Source: Trichosphaerium sp. ATCC 40318 (lineage: Eukaryota; Protista; Tubulinea). From it: a stretch of 64,000 bases of DNA. The stretch is from positions 248,001 through 312,000 of the forward strand of contig JALMLS010000342.1 in the NCBI GenBank assembly GCA_038496445.1, read 5' to 3'. A program made the translations under genes and the position numbers. Below are positions 27,095-40,872 of this stretch, in pieces (within the stretch, counting starts at the first letter, position 1; the number at the start of each line of letters is the position of its first letter). The notes beneath the pieces were generated by a model. The model did not search any database, was not told the origin of the DNA, and saw only the letters and a list, made by a program, of their open reading frames with translations.

Positions 27095-29358
27095 TAGTTC
27101 AGCTTTGATTGAAGTCCATTTCGGGAGTCACAAATAGCCAACTTTTAGTTGGTGGTAGATAACACTTTTACACTATTTGAACCCCATTTGGCTTCATAAG
27201 TGGTATGCCTAGCTTTTGTTAGTTTCTCTTTGTGCTAACTGGGATGTACTTTTAGACTGGGGACAAATTGCTATGAGGTCATCATTACAGGCTACCGCCA
27301 GCTCAATATCAGGTCTATGGAATCGAATGATGCCTGCTATTGCTTCCAAATCACCTGGACGCCACCAGTATGGAATAGGAATAACAGTAACGCCTTAGAA
27401 ACCAGTTGAGTACTTATCAATCTTAACAGTCTTTGGTACCTGCAATACGACAATGCTGCTGCTTCTCAGCATCACGACGTTTTTGGGTGTCAGCAAAAAG
27501 TTCAAGGTAAATGTGGTCGTGGTAATGATGCTCGCCTACTCATATTTAGGGTAAAGAAAGAGATTGTGCAGCTTACCTTGGTATTCAAAAGCAAGGTTAT
27601 ATTCTGGAACATAAATATCTACTGTAACTGTTTGTTGAGCAAATGTTGAGATGCCAATTGAATGTTCTTCCAATACATTACATGTGGGGAATATTGTTCG
27701 GATACATCTTTCAAGAGAACTAAAAAACTTTATAGGCCATTCACTAACTAAATAATAGTGTGAACAAAGTGCTTACCTTTGATTTGTTGCTTTTCCTTTG
27801 CGTGTGAATTTATGCCAGTCCCACATAAACTTTGGCTCCATTGTTAATATGGCTCTTGGCCAGTAAGTGAGTATCCCAGCACCGCCCAATTTCACCAATT
27901 GGTACCCAGCAACTCTGTACCTACATATCAAATATATAAGAATTCATACAATGTAGAGATAGACTGTACCAATCTTTAGCAGTGTTGATACCCAACTTGC
28001 TAGCAACTGTTGTCAAGAACTTTTTTTGGTTTTCTTGCACTTCCCAGTATCCGCGTTTCCAACTGAAAAGGTCACTGTCCCAAGGATAGTCATAAAATAC
28101 TTGCAAAGCACGCTGTAATGTCTTATACCTATTCACTTGAATTAAGTTTCCAATTTCTTTCCTTAAAAACCATCTCGGGCTCACCTTCGTAAAATACTTG
28201 GCATCAACTTACAAGCTACGCCAGCCTCCACAGCATACCAATCACTTAGCACTTTTACGCCAAAGCTTTGAGCTTGTACTTCAAACGCCATCTTGTCAGC
28301 GCTAATCCACATGCTATCAATAGAAGCCAGTAGCTCCCGTCGCTGTTTTTGCCTCTCGGTCTCGGATTCCTGCTCCATATTCCGTGGCATTGGAGTATTC
28401 TGGAGTGCCTTAATAAAACGGTGACTTGGGTAGACATCCTCTAAAAAGAGTTCTTTGCTGGAGTAGTACATGCTAAAGACACTTAGCTAAATAGCTAATA
28501 CAAAACACCGCACTATATACTGCTACCACCGTGCTCCAATATTTGGACTTGCGTTACTCTTTCCCAATCAGCGTAGTCCTTGATTTGTAAAGCGTCAGCA
28601 AGGCTGTCAGCAAAGTCTTTTCGACTGGACAATGAGCTCCAGTGATTACGGGGAGAATGCCTATACAATAGTTTGAAGGTATGCCATTGGAAAATACTTA
28701 CTTGAATTGAACAGGATCCCATGCATAGTTGGGATAGAGATAAGCTAAACAATCAACCAGAGAGCCATTATTCTTGCTTTGCTTTATCATTAACATGTCA
28801 AATGTAAAACGTACTTACGAAAGTAAAGTTGCAGCTCCCAATTCTATTACTGCCTCCTGGTCTACAGTGTACCATTGCGCCATGTCTTTTATCTCCAATT
28901 GTTCTCCAATATAGTCAAAGGCTGCAATTTGATTCTCAATATCGCTCCAACAATTCTTGGGCACATTCCTTGAACGTTAGCCAATTGCAACAGTTGGTCT
29001 GGGTACAAGTGCGCACTTAAACTTCCAAGGCTGCCATTTGTACTTGCTATAAACCCATGCAAGACACGACGCAAGAGAATTGTTGAAATGTGTTCTAACG
29101 CAATTAGGAGGTACGCAAGTTTTGTAGGTTAGTACCGTAGCACAGCACGTGCACCGTCCGTCTTGATATCTGAGAAATTTACTACGTACCAACCCTCCAG
29201 ATCCTTTATTTGAAGGTCTTTTGCGATTCTATGTAACATTGGTTTACAAACGCCGTAGAGGTTGTCTGGCAGTTGCATACTACTAGGTGTAAGCTACATT
29301 AGCGATTTTAAAGGGTTATGTTGTACTGATGCGACGATATAAGCAAAGATGCCCTCAT
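27095..29358 (-). CDS. Trp-rich repeat protein (5 repeats) + PD-(D/E)xK-like nuclease domain, paralog 2
   Basis: Same repeat. C-terminus VLEEHSIG...VTVDIYVPEYNLAFEYQGEHHY...RDAEK...GVTVIPIPYWW. The 3' end is uncertain (27095 or ~27209). Confidence 0.85.
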
Positions 29359-29622
29359 AACTCTACAGTATATGCTTGGCGCTTGAAACTACTAGTAATA
29401 TAGGTTTGCTGTGATTGTAAGCAAAAAAAAACCTGCACAATTGTGCCTTAACCCTAAACGGCCTTAGCCAGTGACATATCACCCTCGCTAATTGCCATCA
29501 TAGCCGGTTGGTAGGTGACATGTCACCCGATTTAGACACCTACGGTACGCTAGAACCACATTTTTGGTTTATTTGCTTAGTTATTTACATTTAAGTCCAA
29601 CTTGATTTTTACATTTTTCTTT

Positions 29623-32600
29623 TTACATAGAAGAGGTTGTCGTCAACGCACCTGACGGAGGTTTAATGCGAAGAGTAGGTACGGCTCTTTTCGGTTCTCC
29701 ATTGTGCCAAGTGTTATCTTTAGAATTAGAACTGTCTAGAGATGGAGTCGTGTTCTCTGAAATAGAAACGGATGACCTTGCTGAGCTAGCAAAAAAAAGT
29801 CAAATTAACATCTTACTAGTACTGAACGTACGCGTGACCGGTAGGCACTTTTAATGTGCTCTGAGCAATTTTTTCTTGTGCGGTGTGGTCGTAACCTGCA
29901 TTTAACCAACCAGCACTAGTGCTGGTTGACTCTATATTGGATATTTCCAGTACTGGCGCGGACGTATAACGTTGTGAAACCAATTCCTTTTCCTAACGAT
30001 ACATTGAGAGGAAGAACATTGTTTGAAGTAAATGACTGAAAAAAGAAAAAAAAAAAAAAGAACGCACCTGCAATTCAAACTGCTCATTTTCTTGAAGCTC
30101 TTCTTCCAACCTATTGAGTATAACCTTCAATTTGAGTATGCGATCTGGGAAGTCAGTTTGATATTTAAGCTCCATGTCTGGTAAAGACTGCTTTAAATGG
30201 CCGTGTACTCGGGCCATCTCTCTACCAAATATATGCGCAGATTGCTTGGCAGGCTCCTATTGCAAACACCATAAGCAATAAAGAAAAGATTACGCTTTCT
30301 CTTAATGTGGGACTTGCCTCATCAATTGCATCTGTTGGAATTGCGCATATACCAGCTATAAATGTCCTCATCTTTTCCTTATTCGATTCTATTACCACAT
30401 TGACACCAGCCATGTATGGCTCTTTTTGTCCTACAATTGAGGTTAATAACAAAAACATTTGAAGTACTAAACAACAAACTGTATCCGTACCAAAGTTAAC
30501 TAAGTTGCCAAGATTTTGGATGGTCTTGGCTATCAATGTTAAATCCCTAGCTATGTTTGCTGGTGGATGCTCCTCTACCAGGCCAAATAACTTTGGTCCA
30601 AGCAAAGCAGGGCAGAAGAAACGCAAGAAAATAAATCCTGAAGGTGCTGTATACAACACTACATCGTCTTCTGGCCACTTGGCTTTAACCTGAAACATTC
30701 CAATGAGAACCATAGGCAAATATTATGTTGATAATCATACCTCCTGTTTAATGTGCTCGAATATATTCCTAAACGCAGACGGACACCACTTTAGTGATGT
30801 AAAAACGCTGTCGCATATTTTTTGAACATAATATTTTAGTGTGCCCAAGTTTTTCTTTAATTCTTTTTCTTTGTTTTTAGCTTCAATACGATACGCATCC
30901 AGCTAGTAAAAAAAAACTGAATACACAGTTATTCAGCTATTTTTTGTGGTACCTCACAAGACTTTTTGCCAGCATTTGAAACCAATTCATCAATGATAGG
31001 TTTTAGAACCTTGTGTAAATACGGCATGCCTAACATTAATAAGTAAAACTTAATTGCGTGCACCATTATACCTGTTAGTTTCATGTACATATCTAGAGCT
31101 TTTGTTGCGACTGTGTTTGCTCTGAAAATAATGTTTGCATTTTCTAGTTTAGAAAGTAAGGTTTTATGTAATGAGTTGGCAAATGTCACGTACTTGTTTC
31201 TCTAATTTCCGCAGCAGCTATCTCCTTGATAAAATGAACGCCAGTTTTTCTAATTTCAAAGGCCTTTATCAGACACTCAGCTACAGACTTTTCTTTCTTT
31301 TGAGAAACACCAGCTAACATCTTTGTTAACGCCATCTCTTCTCTTAAAAGCTCAAAAAACAATTCATCATAAGAAGTATCAGGCAATATGGTGATGCACT
31401 AAGTTATTAGGTCAGCATGATAAAGAATAAACATCATTCTTTATACCGCATAACGCCATGTTGCACGCATTTCTGGTGCTGTCCCGTCCCACTCAAGTTC
31501 TGGTGGTGATAAGCGCCACCATTTATCTTGATTTACAGGGTTCGATAAATCCTGCAGTGGAACGCAAAATTGACCAACCGGCTCCTTGTCCCACACCTCA
31601 AATAAGATTGAATCGTCTGCAAGCTCAGGTGGAATTTGGCTACACAAACAATTAACTAGTGGATCAAATTGAATAGCAAATGGCTTTAGTAAAGGCGTAC
31701 AAAGTGCATTCTGCTTTCTTCCATTTTGGGTTAGAACTCTTTTTGGTTGTCGGTGTCTTACTTTTGTATGTCTGGTCTCCCAGCTTACATAAAAAATAAG
31801 GTTCGGTAGCAGCGTTTTCACTTTGTGGTAGATCACGACCAGCGCGAACTAAATAGTAATAAGAACAAAGAAAAAAAGCTTTAAAATTAACACGTCAAAA
31901 CGTACTCGAAAACGAAACTGTGTTGTTACTAGGTTGATATTTAAATGCGACGTTTACTTCTCCTCTAATGTCGCAATGGAGAGGTACTAATTTTCGCCAA
32001 TCCTCTTGCGTTTGGCCAGAGACTAAATTAGAAACTTTTATCAAAACCTACATGCAAGATTAATAGATCAAGAATAATAATTATTCAAAAAAAAAAATTG
32101 TCTCCATACCCTGCCAATTGGAGGACTGCGCTTCCGTTTTTGCTCGCGCACAATGACGTACACTTCGCTAGTATCTAGAGACAGATCGCTAACAAAGAAC
32201 TTTAGAGACTTATGGCATTGATAAAAAACAAATATAAATTCAACTTTGAGAGTAATGTCATTTTACGTACAAATCGTATTCTTGCAAAAAACAAGGATTA
32301 TCAGTGCGCCAAAGTGTAGGAGTGCGCGCTTTCTGTACTCTATCAGCAAAGATGGTACAGTAGGTATCTTTGGGCTTATCCAAATTCCGAACTTCAGAAA
32401 CTTGAAAAAAAAAAAGATAAGTACAAGGCTGTTTTGACATAAAATGATGTCTCTTTACCTCTAACATACAAACCAACCTCCTTTCTGTACTTTCCTGGAC
32501 CATATTTAAATTCTGCGGAAGTTTGTTGCTTTGAGTGTGTCAGTGAACAAAAAAATGGTAACGCAAATTTTTTTTGATGGTTTAAACGCACGTTTATGGT

Positions 32601-33149
32601 TTGTTGTATCTGAAACATCCACTCACTTAGGTCAACCGAGTTGGCGACTTGAAAGTAGTATGTTGTTATTTTTTTCTCTTTGGCCTTGCTTCCAACAGGC
32701 GCTGTGTCGTCCTTTTGGAACAGTTTAAATTGGTAATAGTTTTTTTTCTTAGTTAAGGGTTCACAACCTTTATATTGAGCCAAATCAATTACAATTTTCG
32801 CGTCTTGGGCCTTGAAATAAAACATATAAGCCCCCCCATAGTTTAATTACAAAAATGGGTTTGAAAAAAAAAAAACGGGTAAGCTTAAAATGGCCTTCAC
32901 AGGTGCGCTAGCGTTAAGAAAAGCTCTCGGAAGTAATACCTGCTCATCAGAAAACACGTATAGCATGGCCTCGTGCAAGATCAGCCATTTCTTCTTCCAC
33001 TGAACGTTGCGAGTTTTCAGCGATACATAACCTTGTTTTTTTGCGTTGGATAGAGAGATAGCGGACACAGCTAACAAGGGGTTGTCACCCCTAGCGCTTT
33101 TATTGCCCCTGCTACTTTTATTCCCTTTGCTCCGCTTTGGTACGTGCAT
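29623..33149 (-). CDS. Ras GTPase-activating protein, PH-C2-C2-RasGAP
   Basis: PH (KQGYV...WKKKWLIL...EWMFQI), two C2-like regions (DTYCTI...KART; NPKW..FEVWDKE), IFRANTVATKA, FIFLRFFCPALLGP, LIAKTIQNLGN and KEPYM. Confidence 0.92.
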
Positions 33150-33458
33150 AGTGCGTTGGCGTTAATGTTAGAGCGTAGGGTCGCTATTTGGGTTTTTGCT
33201 TCCTTTTTTTTTTTTTTCCAATGAAACCCTCTGTCTACCAAGCGTTTTGGAGAGAGTTCATGTATTACCACCTGTTGAAAGTACGTCGGTTACAGACAAG
33301 TACTTAAGGGCAACGATAATTTTTGACGTTTTTTATTGAGGAATTTTGTTGCAGTTGACATATTGCGGACTAGAATTGCTCCAAGTGCAAAACAACTACT
33401 AGGTACTCACCTCCTTGGCTTTTAGTCTTGCTTACTCCTTTACTAAGCTATAAAAAAA

Positions 33459-33894
33459 ATGGTATACCTCACAGTAACAAAGTTTGACAAAGAGTTCATC
33501 CTTGTAGAAAGGCCAGATAAACAAGAGTACGCTCTATTACTATGAGGCGCAACCATTTTGCAAGAAATCGAAAGTTTACTGCGGTGGCCCTAAAAATATT
33601 TACGCTGCTAAAAGCCCTTGGTATATGCTAACACATCCACGCAAATTTAGAAAGTACAATGGTAGCTTGTGTGACCTATTTAACAAACTCGAAAACGAAG
33701 GTTTTAATCTAATCTCTTCTGGAGGTGCTGCTTGGGAACTAGTTTTCGTTTTCCACAAAGTACGGTTGTTTACTTCAAGTTTTGACTATTTACTCACTCA
33801 ATATCTGCAGGACGGTCTTGCAGTCATCAAGGAAAAAGAAACTGAAGAACCTGCTCCAGTAGAGTCTAAAAAGAAAAAGAAGAGCAAGCACTAG
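33459..33894 (+). CDS. Small protein with GFRP (GTP cyclohydrolase I feedback regulator)-like motif and basic tail
   Basis: Spliced MVYLTVT...LFNKLENEGFNLISSGGAAWELVFVFHK resembles GFRP MPYLLIS...VLDKLERRGFRVLSMTGVGQTLVWCLHK. Confidence 0.55.
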
Positions 33895-34203
33895 AGCTAT
33901 TGTAGAGTGTGTACCGCCCAAAGTAACGTGATACCGGTTTATCGCGTTACAAAAAGAAAAAAAATAAAGCTAAATTATCAAGGCGTTGCATTTGAACAAC
34001 AATTTTTCCGTTTTATTTTTCAACTTTGACACTTTACGTAAAACAAACAGAATATGGCACCTGCTAGTAGCTGTTGTATCATTGTCTACACAATAACGTT
34101 CTTTTCAGAATAGAACAATTCGTCTAAATTCAGTAATCTGAATTTCAGTTTAAGCGAGGCACGCGACCTACTATACTATAGTTCAGTATTTTAGCCAGAC
34201 ATT

Positions 34204-35276
34204 ATGAGTGAAGCAAAGAAGAAGCTTAAAATATTATGTGTACACGGTTTCATGCAAAATGGCGACATTTTTCGCAAAAAAAGTGGTTCCTTTAGGTATT
34301 ATCGCAACCCCAACTGTGTTGTAATGTGTTTAGGTCAATGGTAAAGGCTACATGCGAATTTGGTACGGCTTAACTATTTGCGTTTGAAACGTAGTTTTAC
34401 CGCGTCGTGTCGCGTGTATGGCATTTACCATAGCGCGTGCAGGTGTTAGTAGCGTCCCAGGACTTGACACCCAACACAAGCTACATGAATTTCACCAACT
34501 TATTTTTCAGTGAAGTTCTACCTCCACGTAAACTTATTGGTTACCACGTAGATTTTGTAACAGCGCCTCATAAAGTTGGAGTATCAGATGATGGTCAGGG
34601 TGCGTCTGGCGCAATTTGATTGCTGCTTCGGTTTTGTTACTCACCTTAATTTCCTTGCAGACGTTTTTGGATGGTGGACATCAAAGAACCCAGATGATTA
34701 TTTGACTTGTAAGGACCTTGTTGGCGTTGAGGAATCAGTGCAATTAGTAACCACCTATTGTGCAAAAAATGCAAGTTATTATTTCCGCACCTCTTTTTTA
34801 GCCTTTTGTAGTCTTACTTTCTTGTAGGGCCCTTTTGATGGTAGTTGCATCACAATAGTATCTGACCTGATTTGTCGTGTTTAGGTATACTTGGATTTTC
34901 TCAAGGAGGTATTCTTGTGAGCATTCTCTGTGGAATGTCAGATCCTAGCCTGTCATTTAAATTTGCTTGTATTTTTTCATCGTTTCCTATGGCGAATCCA
35001 GATTGGGCAAAGTACTATGACTCACTGAAACCAATGCCATATTTCTTTGGTAGGGTTCAATGTATTTTTATACATTGAAGCTGACACTTTTATGAAGGTT
35101 ATGGCACACGAGATGACATTGTTCCTACTGATTGGTCGAAGAAAGTAGTTGCACTACTTCCGAGCGAATCAACAACTGTTTATGAGCATGATGGTGGGCA
35201 CTACTTACCAACAAAAGCTACCGCTAAGAAAGCTTTACGAGCTTTCATGGTAGACCAGCTTGCAAAAAAAAAGTAA
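34204..35276 (+). CDS. FSH1/OVCA2-family serine hydrolase
   Basis: LKILCVHGFMQNG, FVTAPH, NGPFDGILGFSQGG (nucleophile), GTRDDIV and HDGGHYLP. Confidence 0.93.
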
Positions 35277-35377
35277 AGAACAAAAACGGAGGCTGTTGCG
35301 TTTTTGGTACTAAGTATAATAACAAATAAACTAAGGCACTAATATAGTACAATACAAGGATTTTGTTTAGTTCTAAT

Positions 35378-38350
35378 TTACATCATCATTAAGTTAGGAG
35401 ACATAATAGATCTCACGTGTTCGCTGCCAGCTGGTTGCCCAAGAGCTTTATTTGTGTATTAGTAAAGTATCGTAGTTAGTTTGTAAAGTACCTTGAGGTG
35501 CGCTATCAGTTGATATAAGCGGTGTCACACCATGCAAGTCATTTTGTGAAACTGACATTTTGACTTCGGGCTTGTAGTGATATATTGTGGCTGCAATAGT
35601 TTCAAGGTCTCCTATTAGCGTGTCAATCACTACATCATGATCAATATGTACCTTTCCACCAATACGGGATATTAACTAGTGTAATGCCTAGAATACTATT
35701 AAGAAACGCCAACCTAGCTTTTACCCGTACCTGCTGCTTTACATGCTTGTCGCTTCTCAAAGTCACGAGCCTTATATACACTCGATGGAATGACATAGTA
35801 TTTTACTACGTCATCGTAATGATGTTCTCCTAATGGAATAGGTTAGTAAAACTAGTAGAGAGGTGCTAGGGTGTTACCTTGATATTCAATAGCGAGGTTG
35901 TATTTTGGTACAAATACGTCAATTACAAGAGCTGATCCCGTGGAGTTGCAGGTGCCAATATTGCATTCTTCTTGTACACGTTGGTCCGGAAACAGCCTAT
36001 TTACTGAATCCTTTAAGCTTCTAGTTACTAGTTAGGTATGTTTTCAAACAGTTGTACTGTGTACCTTTGCTGTGATTTTTTTGTTTGACAAACAAAATTT
36101 GTCCAGTCCCATTGTTTGGAGGGATAAAGTCGTTTCAGCGCATGCGGGAAATGTATGACAAATCCCCCAGCTCCAAGAGCTTGAAGTTGTTCTGATGAAA
36201 CACGATACCTAATGTTGAGCAGTTAGAATATATGGTCTAGCCGGCTAGAAAACTATACCATTGGCTTGGGTTGCTGATGCCAAGTTTGTGTTTAACCTTT
36301 TTCAAAAATGCAACTTGATTAGTCTGCTTGACCCAGTGCCCATAGGGTTGCCTAGAAGTGTTTCTGAAGGAAAAATGAGCCAAGGAGCCCATACGAAGTA
36401 GGTGAGTTAAGTACTTGAAGTCCCAGTCGTAGTCAGGGTAGATAGCTGTAAGCACAGCTGGTAGGTTAGTACCATGCCTTAAAATGTTTTAGTATCAGTG
36501 GTAATATGGAAAAAAAAAGGGATACATACTTTTTGAAGATACTAGAGGCACCGTTTTCAATAAATGTTTTGTGACTGATCGTTCGCCAATCGTCCATAAC
36601 GAGTATGCGAAGTTCTTGTCCCAAATCTTCAAATTTTGCTCTTTGATTTTTCATGTCATCCCAATAGTGTTGTGGTGCACTCCTAAAAGGCCTTATCAGT
36701 TACAATTTATATGTAAAATCGCTCCATACAAAAAGGAATAAGGCTTCCAATCAATATCTGGATACACGTCCTGAAGTAATCTTGACAAAGATCCTTGATA
36801 CCCATACATATGATTAAGCATGCTATGTTTACAAAAAAAAAAAGTGAAAGGGGGGTACTGTTTTAGTGAGGTATGTCCGCCATTGTTTTGTACTTGTGAC
36901 ACTTGAACTGTATACCAATCTTTGAACAGTTTTACACCCAAACGTTCTCCGATAGATTCAATAGTAGATTTTGTGAGTCCTATCTTAGTGTATCTAATGA
37001 TGTGGAGGCAAATTAGGATGCAGTGATGTATCCAGCAAATACAATAGAAAAGCAAGTTACATACACAAATTTCCATCGTTTCCAATCAAAATCGGGATAC
37101 ACGTGGCTCAGGAAAGTGAATAAGCTGTTATCAAATCTAATCTTATCTTTAGAAAAAAACCCTGACACTTTCTGTATATGTGCGACCTTGAAAGCATGCC
37201 GCCACCTCCAAGATCGTGGAATGTTCTCACATTCATGGTGTACCATCCTTCTAGATCCTTAATGCCAACTTTTTTAGCCATGAAGTTTATTTTCTCTCTT
37301 TTTTGCGCTATTGATTTGAGTGTACCCCATTCGGCTCCAAAACTATCTAGCTGTCAGTTTTAAAGCTAGTTACATGTATGTACCTGAGTCTATATGCGGC
37401 CCAATCGTAATATGGGTACACCGCCTCCAGGGATTGTGTTATACTCCTGTACCTTGACAACGTAAGCAAGTGGATAGCAAATTAAATTGTAACAAACTAA
37501 CTTGTTTTTTATAAGGGAGATGCATCCTTCACTCAAATCAGTGAGTTGTACATCAAGCCAGTCATATTGTGTCATGACTCTGCATTTTTGTGCGTCTACA
37601 TCAAACTGTTGTCGCTGCTCTTCTAAAGTCCCCCTGTTAACTGATAATCTATTTAAAATGAAATGAGCTATTAATGTGCATAATTACAAAAAGGGATGCT
37701 CACTTTGTAGATAGTGACCAAGGATATTCAGGATATATACTTTGGAGGGCTGCCAAAAGAGAACCATTGTACAACCTACATTAAGTCAGGAGCCGGGGTG
37801 ACATGTTTTTTTTTTTTTTTTTCCCTGCTGAACAAAAATACGAAAGTTATGTGTATACCCTACTATCGTTTTCCCACGTGTTGTGGAAATAGATTGTATA
37901 TCCACAATGTACCAATCCTCATAGGTATGAATGTTTAACTCTTCTCCTAGGATATTAAACGCGTCACGTTGATGTGACAGTTTTGCCCAGTAACGCGCAG
38001 GTACTTGTCTAGTTACCACTTTTTAAGTTGGACGTGTGGCCAAAATGCTTTACCTGAATTTCCACACCTGCCATCTTTCGGAGGGTATTACGCTTGTTAG
38101 TGATAACGCTAGTGAGCCGTATCTAATATAACTGTCATTTGGTGTTTTTTTTTTAAATTAAGCAAAACATCTTGTTGTTGTTAAGAGCGTACTTGCGCAG
38201 TACACTATATCCGCCTGCACCTCTGACACGCTCTGATGTATGTTTATACCAATCATCGGTTGTCTTGATATTCAAAGTGGCTGCGACGCGTTCTAATACC
38301 TTTCTATAGCGTTTCCTCGCATTTGCAGCTTTTCTCGGCTTTGCTAGCAT
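35378..38350 (-). CDS. Trp-rich repeat protein (7 repeats) + PD-(D/E)xK-like nuclease domain, paralog 3
   Basis: Seven repeats in ORF fragments 36237-38350. C-terminus VQEECNIG...LVIDVFVPKYNLAIEYQGEHHY...RDFEK...GITLVNIPYWW. Confidence 0.87.
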
Positions 38351-38704
38351 TTCGCATTATAAAACTAAACGGAAAGCGCCCTACTCACAAGTACTGCGCA
38401 ACTTTTGTGCTAATTTGGAGGTCATTGCGATCGACCATTGCTCCAATAGTGCAAAATCAACATCTGTCAAAATGAACTTAAGTTTGACACCTTTTTTTTT
38501 TTTCTTTTTTTTTTTGAAAGCTGGCTTTCCGCATTGCTCTTGCCTTCTTCGGATTTACAAGTTTATTGTACATGTTATTTACGCAAGTATCTTGGTGATT
38601 TACACCATGTGTAGTCGTGCAACGGCTGAAACACAACCTTAACATAAAAATAAAAAAAAACGGAGCTTTACAAAGCGGGGCGTTGGTTGAGAATACTCGC
38701 TGGT

Positions 38705-40741
38705 TTAGTCCCGGAAGTAGAAGCCTTCGTCGTCTTCTAACTTTGGTCGCATCTCCCTTTGGCGAGGTTTTTCAAGTTCCATACCACGGTCTGCTTTTAC
38801 CCTATCAAAGAATTCCTTTTCACGTTGGGCCATAGCGGTTTGATGTTTTTCATTCGTTCTCCTATTCTCAAGCGTATCCTCTCTTGGGCTACTCAAAGGA
38901 TCTTCAATTGTCACCCAATCAGATGCTTTTCCAGTTATAGCTCCCTCGTTGCCTGTGAAAGTGTGTTACTTACTCAACTACTAAACCGTGTTGTGAGATT
39001 AAAAACAATTACGTACCAAACACTTCTTGATAATGTTCTGAATCCTTCCAGTCTCTAGAGCAAAATACGTTAACGAGGAAAAAAAAAAATTGGGTTGCAT
39101 ACGGTGAACTCTTCTTTGTTTCCACTTCACCAAACCTATCAATGTACATTTGCTTCTTATTGAATCTTTTGCATGCTGCCAGTACTATGTTCTTGAGTTT
39201 GGATGTTGCTTCCAGTCCTTTGGAGAGCATCTCATCGATAATAGCAAAGCCCTCATCAAAACTTCTACCTCGAACTAAAACCTCAATTACTCTGCTGTAC
39301 ACTTCTACAGTTGGGTCGACATTTCGCTATAAATTAGACATTAATGGGATGACACTTTAGGGTTACTTTTTTTTTTTTCAAAGATCAGCGCAAACCTTTT
39401 TCATATCCTCGAAGTACCAAAGTGTCAAGTCTTTCTTTTTGGATTTGGAGTAATGCTTGATCAAGATAAGGTAGATATCTGAAGTAGGCTTAATCCCTTT
39501 GTCCTCCATCTCTTGAAACTTTTTGTGAATGTATTCCAATCTACGAGAATTTATTGAATGTTTTATTGGATTGTGTTAATCTGGTCTTTTATTGGTGGTA
39601 ACGTACTTGTTGCTCTTTACCAAACATTCTATTAGGTACTTGTAGGTGTCTAAATTTGCGTCTAAACCATAGTGTGGCAAGAGTGTAACCATTCGGCGAG
39701 CTAACTCATAATCACAAGTTACACTTGTACGTTTAATTATGCTATTTATATTAAAGGTAATAGGACGGATGTTTTGAGATTGCATAATCTAGCAAGTAGC
39801 CATAAGTTCAACTCCTTATTGGCAAACAAAAAAAAAAAACATATCATTTACATACCACTAAGAACTCTCGAGCAAGTTCAGGCTTTCCTGCAAGGCACAT
39901 GACTTCAATTACGGCGCTATTGGAATAATGTGAACATACGGTTTCGGTGTTGTATAGTATTTACCTGTATGATAGTAAAGTAGGTTGTGTACCTAGCAGT
40001 CAGTTAATTCCGTTTCATTTTATATTTGAATTTTTAGGGGGCTACCAGATGCCTTCAATTCCTCCCAGATTGTAAGAGCGTCATCTAAGTTATTGCGTTT
40101 GGCGGTGGCCACCATCATAGCTGCGCATACGTCTATTTGATAGTTAGTAAAGAGCTTCGCAGCTAAGCAGTGATTGCTTTCCTTCTTTGTACTGTGTCGT
40201 TCCTTCTTGTCGCCGAGCATCATCAAAGGTTTCCAATACGTCCGGGTAATTGCGCTTGGTTAATAACAGTCAACACAAAATAATAAAAAAAAAGAAAGTT
40301 GACACCGCAATGTGTCATGCCAAACAAAAAAAAAAAAAAGCACTCACTCTTGTAGAATTTTTTACAACGGCCGCCAAGAACTCTCCAATATGTTCAGGTG
40401 TGCATTTGGTCTCGTCATACCGCAGTTCGCTGTCTGCGAACATGGAAAACCAAAAAGTTTCTTGTGGACCGAAAACATCCACCTCAGGCTCTTTCCCGTG
40501 TATGGTCGCTGTACCGTCCGTGCAATACGCCATGTAGCCTGTACCTGTCATTATTAAAATTATTTTACTTTATAACTCTATGTGAGCACATACCAGGCGT
40601 AGTTGAGTTCACTCGCAAGAAGTGGGAGCGTCCAAGGTTGTACACGCATCGAGAGCTTGTTTGGTGCGTAACACTTCGCACTGGCGTAGCTTTAATGTAT
40701 TTAGTACGCACCGAAGCACCACGTATTATTCTGAGCAGCAT
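38705..40741 (-). CDS. Pentatricopeptide-repeat (PPR) protein, probably mitochondrial
   Basis: Arg/Ser/Thr-rich, acid-free N-terminus MLLRIIRGASVRTK. 35-aa repeats such as TYKYLIECLVKSNK...FQEMEDKGIKPT and VYSRVIEVLVRGRSFDEGFAIIDEMLSKGLEAT. Confidence 0.88.
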
Positions 40742-40872
40742 AGCTGCCAGCTACAGAAATTTTTCGTGTTTGGAACAATGTTGACATTGTGGAGTTTTTT
40801 TTTTTGGTTGTTTGCTCTTTTATTACCACCATTTTAGTTGGTTGCTGAGGTCCCTACCCCTTCTCTTGCGTA

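Noticed and set aside
24619-38350. Repeat-nuclease genes as autonomous mobile elements or prokaryotic restriction systems
   Set aside because: They have many spliceosomal introns at shared positions; no TIRs, TSDs, RT, transposase or methyltransferase seen nearby.
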